NCBI RefSeq assembly: GCF_009914755.1
Contig: NC_060939.1
DNA: 64,000 nt
Source of the DNA: the human T2T-CHM13v2.0 reference genome, Homo sapiens
Direction: 5' to 3' (one strand)
Shown here: piece after piece, positions 15,943-33,291 of the stretch
Numbering within the stretch: the first letter of the stretch is position 1
Layout: every line of letters starts with the position of its first letter
Notes under the pieces: generated by a model
Database searches by the model: none
What the model saw: the letters and a program-made list of their open reading frames with translations, nothing else
What the model was told of the DNA's origin: nothing
Program-made: the position numbers and the translations under genes

Positions 15943-17382
15943 AACTCCCTTCTGACCGCTGCCTTACTCAAGTACCAGGTAAATGAAGTCTCTGCTGCAT
16001 GGTTATAATTATCTCCCTTTCAAGAATGAACAGTCCTCATTTCTTCACCTGGACCTCAACAGGCATGGTTGTGGCTTCCAAACCTTTCCAAAAGAAAGGC
16101 TGTTTGTTCTTTTTGGTCAGTGGACATGACCCTTTTTGTCAGCGCCTGGTTTTTGCCTGTGCTCAGAACCCAGCATGGTATTCTGCAGTGCAGACTAAGT
16201 AGTACCCCTGACTGGGCACTGTACTCTTCACAGCTCAGCCTCACATTGCACTGGGTTTTCCTGTCAGTGACATCATTGGCCCATATGCATTTTCATGCCA
16301 TGGGTCTAATTTTGAAAAAAAAAAAAAAAAACAAAAAAAAACACAATTTCTAATACAGAATTTAAAGTTTAGGACTTGTATGTTCTAAAACCTGAATTAT
16401 CAGCGTGACAAAATGAGTATGGGCTGTTCTTCACTGCCTTGCATCTTCATGGTTTCCACCTGAAATGGCAACATTTTCCTGGCACTAACTTAGGGCTCCA
16501 AAGGACTGTAGCTGAACATAGATCCACATTATTGTTCCTCTTTTTTTTTTTTTAATTTTAATTTTTAAAATTTTCTTTTTACACTGAGGAGCAAGTGTCC
16601 ACTTTTTTAATGAGGGCAGGAAAGGAGTAGGACCACATGAGGAAGAAATTAAAGCTGTCAGTCTGTAGGCTCGAATGCCAGGAAGTTCAGAGAAGCCTCT
16701 TTAGGTTCCTAGGGAAACCATGTTTGCTTTTCTGAAAGGACCTTTGGAAATTTGCAAATGGTAGGACAGACTTGTACTAGCAGGTACGTTTGTTTGCATT
16801 TGCAAAAATCATCTTTTACGAGCCTTTAGAATATTCAAAATTTTCCCAGCAAATTTGAGAAATGTTAAATGTTATGTAGATGTATTAAAACAATTTAAGA
16901 ATTATTATAATGCTTTATTTATGACTGACATTTATATGGATACATTTACATTGCTCTCTTATTCTATATTGCATTCAAATATAGGGAGTTTGGTTTAATC
17001 AATACTTTATCTCCACTGCCAAAGTAGGTCTTGAACTTTTAAATTTAAAGTGCTACCTCAGACTTTTGCTATCAGAATTTGGTGCCAAGATTAAAATGTG
17101 GAGAGTTTATACCAGTTTTTATAAATATATGGAATTGGATCAAAATATTCATTGCAATCTAATAATAAATAATAGTTTTATTTCATGAGTTAGACCTTAA
17201 TCACTTAATCTTACTAATCTTGTTCTTACATGAATGAATAGTAACTTTCAGCCTGGCAGAGCCTTGCATAAAGAGAAATTGGCATGTGTGGTAGCCCTTT
17301 CTGCAGTAATTTTTTTAAAATCCAAGTTATGTTGCTTAAAATATAATCATATTTTGCCAAAAACATACAGTTTAGACAACTC

Positions 17383-17430
17383 TATGTTGCTTGAAACTCC
17401 TGTATGTTGCTTGAAACTCCTGTATGTTGC
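17383..17430. repeat. 20-bp tandem repeat, 2.4 copies (tatgttgcttgaaactcctg)
   Basis: Exact direct copies seen in sequence. Confidence 0.9.
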
Positions 17431-18029
17431 CTAAAACAGACATTAGGATTTTTTCTGTTTGGATGGAAACTTTTGTAATTTAATTCAATTTTGTCTTAAA
17501 AGGTTGATACCATAAATATTTTGTAATTTTAGAAAATCTTCCATTTATAGAAAAAACATTAAGATAACCATTGCTACAACTTTTAAGCAGCGTGTCTATT
17601 TTTAAAAATTCTGAAAATGGCGTATTTAACTTGTATTCATACTCCTTTCTCTCTCTCACACACACATTCGAAAAAGGATAGAACAAATGAGAAAGATGGT
17701 GTGATTTAGCAGTAGTTTTTCAAAATTTATATTTTTGAAATTTGAATTGTTTCTTTTTTTGTTCTTGGGAACATAATAATAAATGCAAACAAAGAATTTT
17801 CCACTTCAGTAAGATGGACGTGAACCCAGAAACTGATGATGTTTTGTACTTTCTCACTTCCTGATGTTGACATTGAGAACTCTTAGTGCTGTTACTTTTC
17901 CTCCCACGTACTTCCATAACGTAGAATTAGGAAGCTTATTAAACTTTTTAGTTTATTTATTTAATATATTTGTGATAGTAGTACTTTGTTGTATCAAATA
18001 GCTAAAATCTTTGATTGATTCACTGATTG

Positions 18030-18930
<901 letters not shown>

Positions 18931-18932
18931 AA

Positions 18933-19499
<567 letters not shown>

Positions 19500-20414
19500 T
19501 TTTATTTTATTAACTTTTACGTTCAAGGGTACACATGCAGGTTTGTTACCTGGGTAAATTGTGATCCTCTCCCTCCTCCCACTCTAGTCTCAACTAGGCC
19601 TGTTTTTCCCTTCTTTGTGTCCACATGGATACAAGTCTTTTATTTATTATCGAGGAATTTATAGAAAACAGAAATCTTCCCACATTTTTTGATTCTACTA
19701 TATTGATATATTTGTTGACAGAGATTTTTACTATATATGTGTCCCATAAGCTTTAATTCACTTTTAACGGTATCACTATGAGAGGTAAGTTTATTTTTAG
19801 GAAAATTGGACATTTTAGTTGGTTACTGCTTCAGAGAAAGAAGATGGTCACTTAAATTTCTGGCTCATGTCCTCACTACCAAATGCTTCCAGATGGAGAG
19901 CACCAAAATGGCAGATTGTTTCTTTTGAGTCTAGAAAAGCACTCCCTTCACTAGGCTTATCCCTATTTTGGTTGAATTCTACATTGCCTTAATTTAATGT
20001 AATCAATGATATTTATATTTATGTAAAGAATAAGCTGACTATAATGAATACCCATACCCTGAAATTTAAAGTAACACAATGCCCAGAAAGTAAGTATGTT
20101 CTGGTTAATTTAATTGTCTATTCTTAGAGTTAACCTGTCTTGTTTCAACATTTGCTAAAAAATCATTTTTAAAATGTTTTGGTTCTTTTGTTGCCTTAAT
20201 AAATATACTTTATAGTAAATATAATTTAAATATTCTTTGAGTCAGGATCTTACATTATTGCAGAGTTTTCTCACCAACAAGAATTGGTAATAGTGATGCT
20301 AGTAGAATTGACCAGCCACACCAGCATTCCTAACAAATCTGCATGGCACTCATGGTAAGCTTATAAATTGGCCACAACAGAAGGATGCATAAGATCACTC
20401 TGAAGATCACTTCT

Positions 20415-20538
20415 TTATTTTATTTTATTTTTAATAGAGACAGGATCTTGCTGTGTGGTCCAGGCTGGTCTCGAACTCCTGGATGCAAGTGATCCTCCTG
20501 CCTTGGCCTCCCAAAGTGCTGAGCCACCATGCTCGGCT
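20415..20538 (-). mobile_element. Alu left monomer / FLAM fragment
   Basis: Single antisense Alu arm flanked by a tgaagat duplication. Confidence 0.8.
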
Positions 20539-21338
20539 GAAGATTATTTTCTCTTGAGCAGTATTCTGTTCTTTCATTCAAGGGTTCATTTATGTCCTGT
20601 TCTGAGGGTAGCATTTTATTCTGCAAGATACAACGAAAGTATCAGATCACTTTCTCCCTTGAAGCCTTATTGGTGATATAAAACAAATATGTAAAACGTT
20701 TTAGAATCAGAAGATCATATGATTAAATACTCGTGAGAGTTCAGACCATCAGTATTATAGGATTTAAGAATAAGGAGAGATTAGTGATTACCAACCATTG
20801 GTAGGCAGCTTCTTTAACAAATCGCTGCCTGAAGTGGACTCTGAAGGATGAGTGTAGTTTAGGTTCTACAGAGTGGAAGGTACAAGGGAGGGTGACAGAG
20901 CCAGTATAGTCCTGGTGGAAGATAGAACAAAGTGCCAACAAAGCAGGAATAAGGATACAGTACTTTGGGAAGGGGAAAAAAATCAGAGTGGTAGATCCCA
21001 TAGGATATTGAATTAAATATTTGCCGAGTTCAGCAAGCAGTTGAAAGTGTTGCGGTTTTTATCTTTTTAAATTCAATTCCTGACGGCTTGTTTACTTATA
21101 TTTTTCTTATTCTTTTATGCGAATGTCAAAAGGTAAAAATTAGTTGGCAATTTTGGTTGATGTTAGTTCATTGAAAATTTGCTGGGTTTGTTTAAATAAA
21201 TTACAGATTTAGAGTATAACCTGATGCAAAGCCTCAGTGAGTATCTGGGTTTGAAGTGTCTTGTTGGACTTTCCTGATATATTGCTCTTCCTTTTTTTTT
21301 TTTTTTTCTTCTTAATTACATGTGTGGTTTTATTTTAG

Positions 21339-21409
21339 AAAAGCCAGTGAAGGTTTGAAGAGTATAAACCCAGGTGAGACAGCACCCTCTATGCGACTGC
21401 TGGCCTATG
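21339..21409 (+). CDS. APH1B: APH1B coding exon 3 (71 nt; KASEGLKSINPGETAPSMRLLAY)
   Basis: ttttag|A acceptor, G|gtaagt donor, frame continuous. Confidence 0.97.
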
Positions 21410-22204
21410 GTAAGTTAGAACCACATGGTTTCATTAAGGAAAAAAATCATACTTGGCATAAAAGTCATTTGCATCTTTTGTATCTTTGTAGATTTCAAGT
21501 AGTTGTTTATTACTGCCTTGGCCTATTGGTGTACATATTTGCTTATTATCCCCGTCTTCCAGGTTCCTTTTGTAAATGAAAATGATTGCAAGTGACCCTT
21601 ACCTGTATGTCCATTGTATATTAACCAGGTTTGAAAGTTAGATTTTTAATGTGTATGTACCCTAGTTAACTAAGATTTTCTAGATGATGAAACTGTTACT
21701 TTCTCTGAATCTTACTTTGGCTTTTCTAGGAGTACTCTTCATATTAAAGCAGTTAATATCTCTGCGTATTACACTTTGAGAATTATGTTTAAGATTGGAT
21801 CTAGGTTCCCCACTTGGGCTCAGGAATACACAGTTCCCCTTTACACTCAATTTCAGTTCTAAGCCATCAAACTTAACTCTGTAGACTCTGTTATCATAAA
21901 GTAAGCCGGAGTTTTGGTGTTGTATCCTCTGTCTCACCTATTTCTTCTGTGCCTTTCTAGACCCTTTTCTCCCCTTTTTCATTACTCTGCTGCATTCTGC
22001 CATTCATTTCCTTTCCTCTTCCCGCTTCCCTCTCTGATTCATCATTTAGCCAAGCACATGCCTCTCCAGAGCCAGCTGTCCACTGCTTCAGGAAGAACAT
22101 AAGCACCCTTTCCCCTCCAACACACTTTGTATTAACTAGTCCTTGGAAATTTGACTTGAAATCTTGGCAGGAAAAGAGTTAACAGTGTTTTTCTTCCTGT
22201 TTAG

Positions 22205-22327
22205 TTTCTGGCTTGGGCTTTGGAATCATGAGTGGAGTATTTTCCTTTGTGAATACCCTATCTGACTCCTTGGGGCCAGGCACAGTGGGCATTCATGGAG
22301 ATTCTCCTCAATTCTTCCTTTATTCAG
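22205..22327 (+). CDS. APH1B: APH1B coding exon 4 (123 nt; VSGLGFGIMSGVFS...PQFFLYS), contains TM4 GxxxG
   Basis: tttag|T acceptor, G|gtatgt donor, conserved APH-1 GPGTVGIHGDS motif. Confidence 0.97.
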
Positions 22328-24264
22328 GTATGTGTCTCATAGCTGTCAACATTCAGGCTTCTAGTCTAAATGATCATTCTTATTGGGGTTCACTGGCTTA
22401 GGAATTTCAGTGGATTGGAATTTATGTTATGTCTTTTAAAGGCGAAATACTCTGAGGCACTGTGAAGTAAAAGACTTAGGAAAATAAAAATTCTGGTTAG
22501 AGTGTTTTAGAATTTTGGAGTGGAATTTAGCTTGCGTAAAATTTTATTTTGCTGTACTGACAATGTTGCTATATAGTTGAAATGTTAGAAGTGAATTTTT
22601 AAAGGCCATGTGCTCTTTTTGGTTTTTATGATTTTATGTTATCTTCAGTAGAAGCCCTAATCTATAATTGTCATTGTGGTGCCTTTTGTGGGAATAGGCA
22701 GTAAAATTTAATCTGAAATTGAGAGGAAAAATGGGACAATAGATGAGTTGATCATTTCATCCAAATGATGCAGCTAAAAGGACCAACTCATTTCAAATTG
22801 CTTTTTCGTCCACGAGCTAAAAATTGTCATCATGATGCAGTGATCACAAATTTGAGAGTTGGTAGCGTACATAATTAACATAGATTTCTTCTAAGTTCCA
22901 CAAGAAGACTCTTTTAAAAATAGGGGGAGAACACCCACTGTATTTTTAGTCGTTTCCACAACAGTTATGCCATTGAAATAACTGAGTTCACATCATGATT
23001 TGTATCTTCTTTTAATAACATCTATGCTAAAGCTCCTCAGGGAGCTTATCCTCTAATAAGGGAATAAGAGAAAAAAAAGTGAATAAGCATTTCAGTAACA
23101 CTTTAAGGTAATAATGGAAAAGATATAAAGAGGTATGACCAATTTTTAAAAATTTCTGCAGTAGTTTAGAGGCATGTCGAATGTCATAGTGATCCCCAAG
23201 CCCAGTGGACACTCATTCACCATTCGCAGTAGACCCTTTGTTTCCATTTCAGTTCAGGCCTTGACATCTCCTCTCTGGCTTACCATCATCTGCCCTCAAC
23301 TGGTTAGTCTTTCCTTGACACACTATTCATGTGAATCCTGTATGCAACTACCTAACTAATCTTCCCTGCTGCAAAAATGGTTTGGCTTTTCAGGGCCTAG
23401 AGGAGAGAGTCAAGGCCCTTTAAATCTGGCTGCAAGTTAGAGGACAAGAAAGTGTGTTAATGGGTCATACTTATTTAATGGTGCTTCCAACATAGCAAAT
23501 TATCTTTCTTTTGAACATTTCATCATTGGCATATTTCTGGCAAATGTGTTAATGATTGATTATACTGAGTGTTAGGTCTTTAAAACAAATGTAATATTAG
23601 TAAAGTCTGTTAGAACCCGATGAAAATTAATAAAACATAATCGTAAGGGGTGTTAGTGCTACAGTTTGTTTTCTGTTTTCATATACAGTTAACACGGCTC
23701 TCTCTCCCTGCTACAGTTTTCTTTTGATATACAGGTTTTGCCAGCTTTTTTCACTAGATGGTGCTAATTCCCTTTAGTGACCTAGGCTGTTTTCATACGA
23801 TGTTTAAAATGATTCTTTTGGTAGTAAAAGAAAAATTTGATACCAATTTGGGGATTGTATTTGTAATTTCTAGGAATTAAAGGAAAAATTCAATATTCAG
23901 TAAGCTATCTTAATGTCTTTAGCTAAGTTAGCATGGCAGACTGGCTATGTTATAAATTTGTATCTATAGAATGAAAGAACAGTGTTGTTTTATCATTTGC
24001 AAGTTTCTTACTGTTATAACATCATTCTTTGAAGCATAAACTTTGAATTATAAATTTAAGAAATTAATTTGTATTACATTTAAAAATAAGATCCCCAAAT
24101 TTATATTTATTGTATTTATGTTATTTATAACTACTTGTAATTACCATTTATTTAGACACAACTCATTTTTGCCAGGTAAATCCATAACTTTATATGTTTA
24201 GCATACTCCATTACAAATGCCTAAATAATAATCAGAATAAATAAGGAATGTAGGGTCACTAATT

Positions 24265-24927
<663 letters not shown>

Positions 24928-26431
24928 AGTATATATCTGTCTATATTAGTATGTGTTAATAAGATCCATACTATATGATACCTGTGTGTACATAGGCTCT
25001 TATGTTACAAACAGGCATAGTTTATAAATAATGTTTATGTATAGGTTACTTCTTTTTTATTTGTGGTTATGTTGTAGGCTAGCATTAAATTTTACTAGAA
25101 TCATTACCATTTCTTGGTAATTTTGTATAGAGACAAAAGTATGGGAATTGGAATCCTAGGTTCGAATCTTATCCTGGCTCATTAATTTAGTATTTTGGGC
25201 AAGTCCATTTGATTATTGAATCACTCATTCCATACATAATTATTAAATGTTTTTAGTCTAAAGGAGTTATACCAAGCTATGAAAATAGAGCCCAGTTACC
25301 ATTCATAACTTCCATTCATAGTGGGGAATAAAGACAAACAGCTAATTACAATAAAGCATGATCAATGCTACAGTGAAATGAGGAAGAGCCATGGGGCACA
25401 AAGGACAGGCTGTAACCCATGCTCCCAGGCCACAGTACCTTGGCTTTGCAGCATTTATCACAGGCGTCATTAAGTAATGGTATAGTTATTTGTTGAATGT
25501 CTTTTTCTCCAGTTGGGTGCTAAGCCATGCAAGTGCAAGGACGACATCTGTATTGTTCACTGCTCTGTCCTCGGCATCTTGTGGAGTCCTTTATTTCTAG
25601 ATGGCACTCAATAAATAACTTACAGAAAAATGAAAGCCAGGCACAGCTTATGGAGGAAGTGCCATAACGAGTAGAGATTTACTTAAAGGGTGAATAATAG
25701 CTAGGCAGGCAAAGAAAGGAGTTGTCAGAGAAAGATGTTCCAGGCAGAGGGAAGAGGCCTCTTTCCTCCAGGCCTGGAGGTAAGAGCAGTATTGTTCACA
25801 GGGCAAAGGAAGTCTTGTCCTTCCATCTAATCTTCAATTTCCTGATCTTTCAGGAAGGGCAGAAATAACGCCTAGCTCAGAGTTGTTGAGAATTAAATGA
25901 AATTAATTTAGAGAATATGTATTTAAGTGCTTATAAGCTCTAAACTGGCCTAAGAATATTATTAAGGTGGAGAATTTAGCGCTTGAGATGAGAAAACAGA
26001 ATTCAGAGAGAAGATAATTTTTCTAGTATTATATAGAATCTGGGTTTTTCATTCCGAATTACCTCCCTTATGCTTTAGAAGAAAAAATGTCTTTAGCTAG
26101 TACCTAGTAAAAAAGAACAGCTGATCATTTTATTTTAAAAAATTCCCCAGACCATTTCACTTCTATTATATTTTCTAGACAGTGCACTTAAAACCTAGGC
26201 AAGCTTTTAAACTTTTTAGCCACTAAACGTTTCACAAGGGAAAACCAATATGGGTCAGACCACATATGGAGTGTTGTATTGTTCCAAGCATTGTGATTTA
26301 ACAGGAATACTGAAGAAGTAAAATTCATATAGAAAGAATGTTGTCAGTATGATAGAAGATCTAGAAGCCATGGCCTGTGGGATATGACTGAAGAAAGAAA
26401 AATACTGAGCTTGAAGAAAATAAAAGAGGAA

Positions 26432-26815
26432 TGTGGGAGATTATTTTTGTCCCAATTTGTCATTTCCTGTAATAAGTCTCATGGTGGCTGGAATGTTCTT
26501 TTCTACCCTTTGACTTTGAGCTCAGTCATGTGGCTTGAATTGGCCAATTAGTGGTTATGATGTAAGTTAGAGGCTTAAAAAGTATTTGCATGATTGGACC
26601 TTCCTTCTTGGACTCTGGTGCCATGAGAAGAAGATACCTTGGGAAGTTAATGGCCACTTAGCCTGGACCCTTGAATGAATATACCCAGAGCCACACAGAG
26701 CCCACCCCAGGAGCTTGCAGCAGAGTTTTCCAGCTGATCCCAGCCTTTATCAGCAATGCACAGTCAGCCTTTAGACCTGTGAGCATGAGAATAAATTTTT
26801 GTTACTGTAACCCAA
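26432..26815 (+). mobile_element. Old MaLR LTR (MLT1H/J-like)
   Basis: ccctttgactttgagctcagtcatgtggcttg...ggccaat; gagaataaatttttgttactgtaa. Confidence 0.6.
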
Positions 26816-27169
26816 TACATTTTTTATCTTTCATTCACTTTTCTATTCGTAATATTTTAAGAATAATCTCTACAGTGTGGCAGTTTGTTAAAGTTTAGAC
26901 TCGACTGAAAGCTCTTTGTAAGCAAGACTATCTCAATACCTACATTTCCAAATTCCAAAGTAGTAGAGAAAGTATAACATCTCCTAATGATACAGAAAAA
27001 ATGATCAACAATAGATTGTAACCTGCAGTTCTTATCCTTTTATGATTTCATTAGAATCTTAATTTCTTGTAATAAGTTGTCACAACTAACTGCTACTGTT
27101 TATGATACAGTGATACTCTATACGCTGTATATATCATCGAATTTGTATTTTTCATTATCTGTTTTCTCT

Positions 27170-27470
27170 TTCTCTTTTTTTCTAAGAGATAAGGTCTTGC
27201 TCTGTCACTCTGTCACTGGAATGCAGTGTTAATGATCTTAGCTCTCTATAACCTTGAACTCCTGGGCTCAAGTGATCCTCCCACTCAGCCTCCCAAGTAG
27301 CTAGGACCACAGGCATGTGCTGCTATGCCCAGCTAATTTTTGTATTTTTTGTGGAGATGGGGGTCTCCTTATGTTGCCCGGGCTAGTCCCAAACTCCTGG
27401 CCTCAAGCAATCCTCCTGCCTCAGCCTCCCAAAGTGCTGGGATTATAGGGTGTGAGCCACCACGCCTGGC
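27170..27470 (-). mobile_element. AluJ-like
   Basis: Antisense Alu consensus. Confidence 0.88.
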
Positions 27471-27766
27471 TTGTTTTCTTTATATCAATAGTGTAAGCCT
27501 TTCTTTCCAGCTGCTCAAATAACTGAGAATAGAAAATTGTACTTTTTGGAATGCACTTTCATTAAATGGATATGACCTATCATAGTCTCTAGTAGCTTGT
27601 GATACATTATGAAATGCACACATCACAGGCATCAGTCTTCAGGCAGTGTGTAAGCAGGCAGCTCAGTGTATTGCTTCACAGTCTCTAGCTGAAAGAATGA
27701 CATGGGCTGCGGCTGTAAGACTTGATGGCTCTTCTAGGTATGTTTCAGGCCACACTGAATCACTGA

Positions 27767-28810
<1,044 letters not shown>

Positions 28811-30332
28811 GCTGTACCTAGCCACTGCTGCTTTTAATTTTCGGTGTTTTGGGGGTTTTGTTTCTTTTTCTTCAGTGAATTTCACAGACATTTTTTTTTT
28901 TGTAGCCACAGTGAGCAGGATACCATATTACAGGTTACTGTCCTGTAGATATGATTGCATGAGACAAAAGTCCCATTTTTAAAACATCATCCAGTATGGT
29001 ATCACTCTTCACTCAGCCCCATAGGAATACATATTTTATTAATTACATCTAATATTTATCATTTGAAAGGGAAAAAAAATCCCACTATTTCCAACTTTAT
29101 TGCTCAGTCTAGCCCCGCCCCCCGGCAACCTCTCAGCTTGATCCCATGCAGCTCCATGGCCATGTTGGGAATTTGGCCTGGGAATCCCAGCATTTATCAA
29201 CCTCCTCCATGCCCACTTCTTACCAAAGATGTTCTTCAGTGCTGGGACCACTTGTACCAGTTCACTTTTCCCCCTTTCCACAGCTCTGCTAAAGACAGTC
29301 GTAAGGTTCACGTCAGGGTTCCTGCATTGCCCCACTTCCCACTTTTAGGGGAATGGTTCATACTGTAACATGTTTCACTTACTGTGCAGTGTTCCAACAC
29401 TATTTCCTGGAAACAAACTTATTTGCATAAATGTTTGGAAATCTCTTGTTTCTTTGGAGGAATTAATCAGCTTTGAGGTTTACTTTAATGGGTGGATTTA
29501 TTGGATTTTACTGCCTTTTATAGTTATTCGAAACCCTCACCAAAGACTTATACTTGAATATTTTTCGTGAGATCAAAGTCCTTTGTTTCGGGTGGTAAGC
29601 TACATTTTCATCTCTAGTGAGGCTTTCTCCCTACATTCAGTGGACAACAATTTTAAATACTGCTGACTTCTTATCAGAAATTCTGGAAGGCAGTGGAACA
29701 AGGTCTTTAAAATGGTGCACTCCTGCACCCTTCCTCATCTCAGTTAATGGAATTCCATCCTTCCAGGTGCTCAGTTATTTCTTAGAATATTTCCTGATTC
29801 TTCCCTTTTTCTCCCATAACTTACATCCATTCCAACTGTAAACCTTACCTGCAATTTCCATCTAAATCTTCATCCAAGGTCTTATGGGCTTAGCTTTGCT
29901 TTATAAATGGCATAGATCAGGTTTGAGAGCTTGTTTGGAGCAAACATTTAAAGAAATGGTAAATCTGATTTTGCTGAAACTATTCTAGGCTAGAGACAAA
30001 CATAGAAATTAATTAGTTTTGTGAAGTCAGTGAAGCATTAATAGAAAGTAATAGAATCCCGAGAACCTGTATCCATTGCCCGCTGCCTGAAGGCAGGTCC
30101 CCCATTAGGGGATTGTACTCCAGGCTGCCTTGGGCCTCATGATCCCAATGGCAGCTCTAGCCAGTGAGTTTAGGCCTGTTTTTTGTTTTGTTTTGTTTTG
30201 CAGCATTTTTGTGACAGTAGCTGGCTGCTGCAGGGAGTTTCAAATGTTTTTTAATGTGCTACATATAGAAAAAAAGAGTTGACTTGTGGTTCTTCAAAGA
30301 GCCTTCTCAGGATCAGTGAGCAGGAGTTAGAG

Positions 30333-30549
30333 CAGGGTTTCTCAACCTCACCACTATTGACACCTGGGGCCAGATGATTCTTGGTTGGGGGCTGACATGT
30401 GTGTTATGGGGTGTTTAACAGCACCCCTGGCCTCTGTCCACTAGATGCCAGAAGCACCCCTGTCCCCCAGTTGTGATAACCCAAAATGTCTACAGACATT
30501 GACATATTCCCTCTATGGGCCAAATCATCCCAGCTGAAAATCACTACTG
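30333..30549 (+). mobile_element. MER20 (hAT-Charlie)
   Basis: cagggtttctcaacct...actattgaca...ggggccagatgattctt...ccactagatgccag...aaaatgtct. Confidence 0.85.
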
Positions 30550-31334
30550 AGTTAAAAGAAGGCAGATTTGGGTTCGGTTTGAGAAGGAACTTTCTCATAG
30601 TGGCCATTTAATGAAATGAAATTGGAAGTATTTTGGACCATGTGGGTTATCTTCATTGTGTAGAGGACGGGATCAGACAACTTCTAGCAAACCTCCCAAT
30701 GCTGACTCCACAGTGATGAGCTAATTTGAGGAGAGTGTTTCATAATTCTTCAGCATTTTCTAGGGGGACTTTAAACATTAAAATAATGTCTTAGAGAAGG
30801 TTATTTGATTAGCAATCTATATCTATATTACAGTAAATCAGGCCGCAGAATTCTCTTACATTCTTTAAAACAAAAATGTTAAGTTAAATCCCCATTAGAG
30901 AAAGTCATTTTCAAAAGCATTCATTCAGCTCTGGGGCCCGACTCCCACTTGTGCCAGCTGACTGGGGGATCTCTCAAGAGTCTGGAGAGTTTCTACGGCC
31001 AGGATGGATGGAGGAGTGTCTCCTGCTTCATGGAACCCTGAAACCCCTGACCTTTCTACTACTTAGAAAAAGAAGCCAAAAGCCCATTGATCTTCACATC
31101 CTGCCTCTGGGCAGCTGCGGCTGAGCTTTGGCCTTGGGAAGTCCTCCTTTGTCTGTGGCTGCCACCACCCAGCAGCAGCCTTTGGCTTGCTCTGACCTAG
31201 TTAGAGATACCCTGCCCGTGTTAGGGGAAGCTAGGTGATGGCAGTTTCTGTGCTGGCAGGAAGCCAGTATTAGACGCAATTGCTGTCTTAGGCCATTAGC
31301 TTTGCAAGGACAGAAAAATAGGCATCGGGAATGA

Positions 31335-31722
<388 letters not shown>

Positions 31723-32024
31723 TGTAAATGTTGTTTCTTGAAGATAACACTGAAACGTTTTGCTTAGAAATAGGTTAGAAATATTCACTACCAAGATACT
31801 TTGACTTAGAAGTTTATTAGAAGAGGAAGTCCATTATCGACTAGACAGTTACAGTCGTCACAAACTGATATACAGTACTTGTTAGAATTATTCCGCTTTC
31901 TGATTAATGTATTACAACATATAAAAATTATGGAAGCTCCTTTTATTAATCTGGGTTATAAACTAACGTTGATATTCTTATGGTTAACTTAGGGAAGTTT
32001 TTTTGGCTTAAGAATATTAGAACA

Positions 32025-32330
32025 GGCTGGGCATTATGGCTCAAGCCTGTGATTCCAGCACTTTGGGAAGCTGAGGTGGGCAGATTGCCTGAACTCCCAG
32101 GAGTTTGAGACCAGCCTGGGCAACATGACAAAACCCTGTCTCCACTTAAAACAGAAAAAAATTAGTCGGGCCTGGTGGTGCACACCTGTAGTCCCAGCTA
32201 CTCAGGAGGCTGAGGTGGGAGAATTACCTGAGCCCCAGGAGGTGGAGGCTATAGTGAGCCATGATCGCACCATTGCACTCCAGTCTGGGTGACAGAGTTG
32301 AGAACCTGTCTCAGAAAAGAAAAAAAAGAA
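32025..32330 (+). mobile_element. AluJ-like
   Basis: Sense Alu; TSD aagaatattagaaca. Confidence 0.92.
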
Positions 32331-32980
32331 TATTAGAACAAAGCAAATTTGGGGGTTAGATTTACTGAAGGACTTTTAGAATTTTATATTTAGGAACATT
32401 AACTGAGAAAGGTTTAGTAATTAAAAGGTTGTACTCTAGAGATACTATTAGCAAATTTTCATTACTAGCTGGAATTTGTTCCTTTTACTAATGAGAAGGG
32501 TTTAAATAGGATGTATGTAGCTGTAGCCACGTGTGTGTGGCAGAATGATGCAGACATCCGGGTCTGTTTCTGTTGGACCTCTTAACCAACTGCAGAGGGA
32601 GGAAAGAGTAAATCCCGGCATTCTAACATAGCACGTCGTGATAGTGAAGGCTGTGATGACCATCAAAGCCACCCGGAAACGAGAGCTGGCTGCATAAATG
32701 AGCCGAGTATGAACATAGCACGGTATTTTAATACATGTCCAAGGGATCTCTTCTAGATATTGTGTTAATAAAATGGTAAACTGAAAGGATGGGGAAAGGT
32801 TCTATGAGACTGTGTTTCATGTGTTGTAATAGTCCCAGTGGCTAGAAAGTGCCTGGCCCATGCTGGCCACTGCAGACATACTTGTTATGTGGGTTGATGA
32901 AAGAGGGGAGGAAGAAAATAAATGTAAGAGTAATACAAAGTCAGAGGAAGAAATAATCTACAAGAATGAAGAGAAATGCA

Positions 32981-33291
32981 TTTTTGTTTTTATTTTTTAT
33001 TTATTTTTTTGAGACAGGGTCTAGCTCTGTCACCCAGGCTGGAGTGCAGTGGTGTGATGATGGCTCGTGTAGCCTCAACCTCCCTGGCCTCAGGTAATCC
33101 TCCCACGTCAGCCTCCTGAGTAGCTGAAACTACAGCTGCACACTGCCACGCCTGGCTAATTTTTGTATTTGTTGTAGAGACAGGGTTTTCTTATGTTGCC
33201 TAAGCTGGTTTCGAACTCCTGGGCTCAAGTGGTCCACCCACCTCAGCCTCCCAGGTGCTGGGATTATAGGAGTAAGCCACTGTGCCTGGCC
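32981..33291 (-). mobile_element. AluJ-like
   Basis: Antisense Alu; TSD aatgcattttt. Confidence 0.9.

Noticed and set aside
22741-22793. Imperfect hairpin atgagttgatc…gaccaactcat in intron 4
   Set aside because: The stem is too short and the loop too large for a pre-miRNA; no snoRNA box arrangement could be supported.
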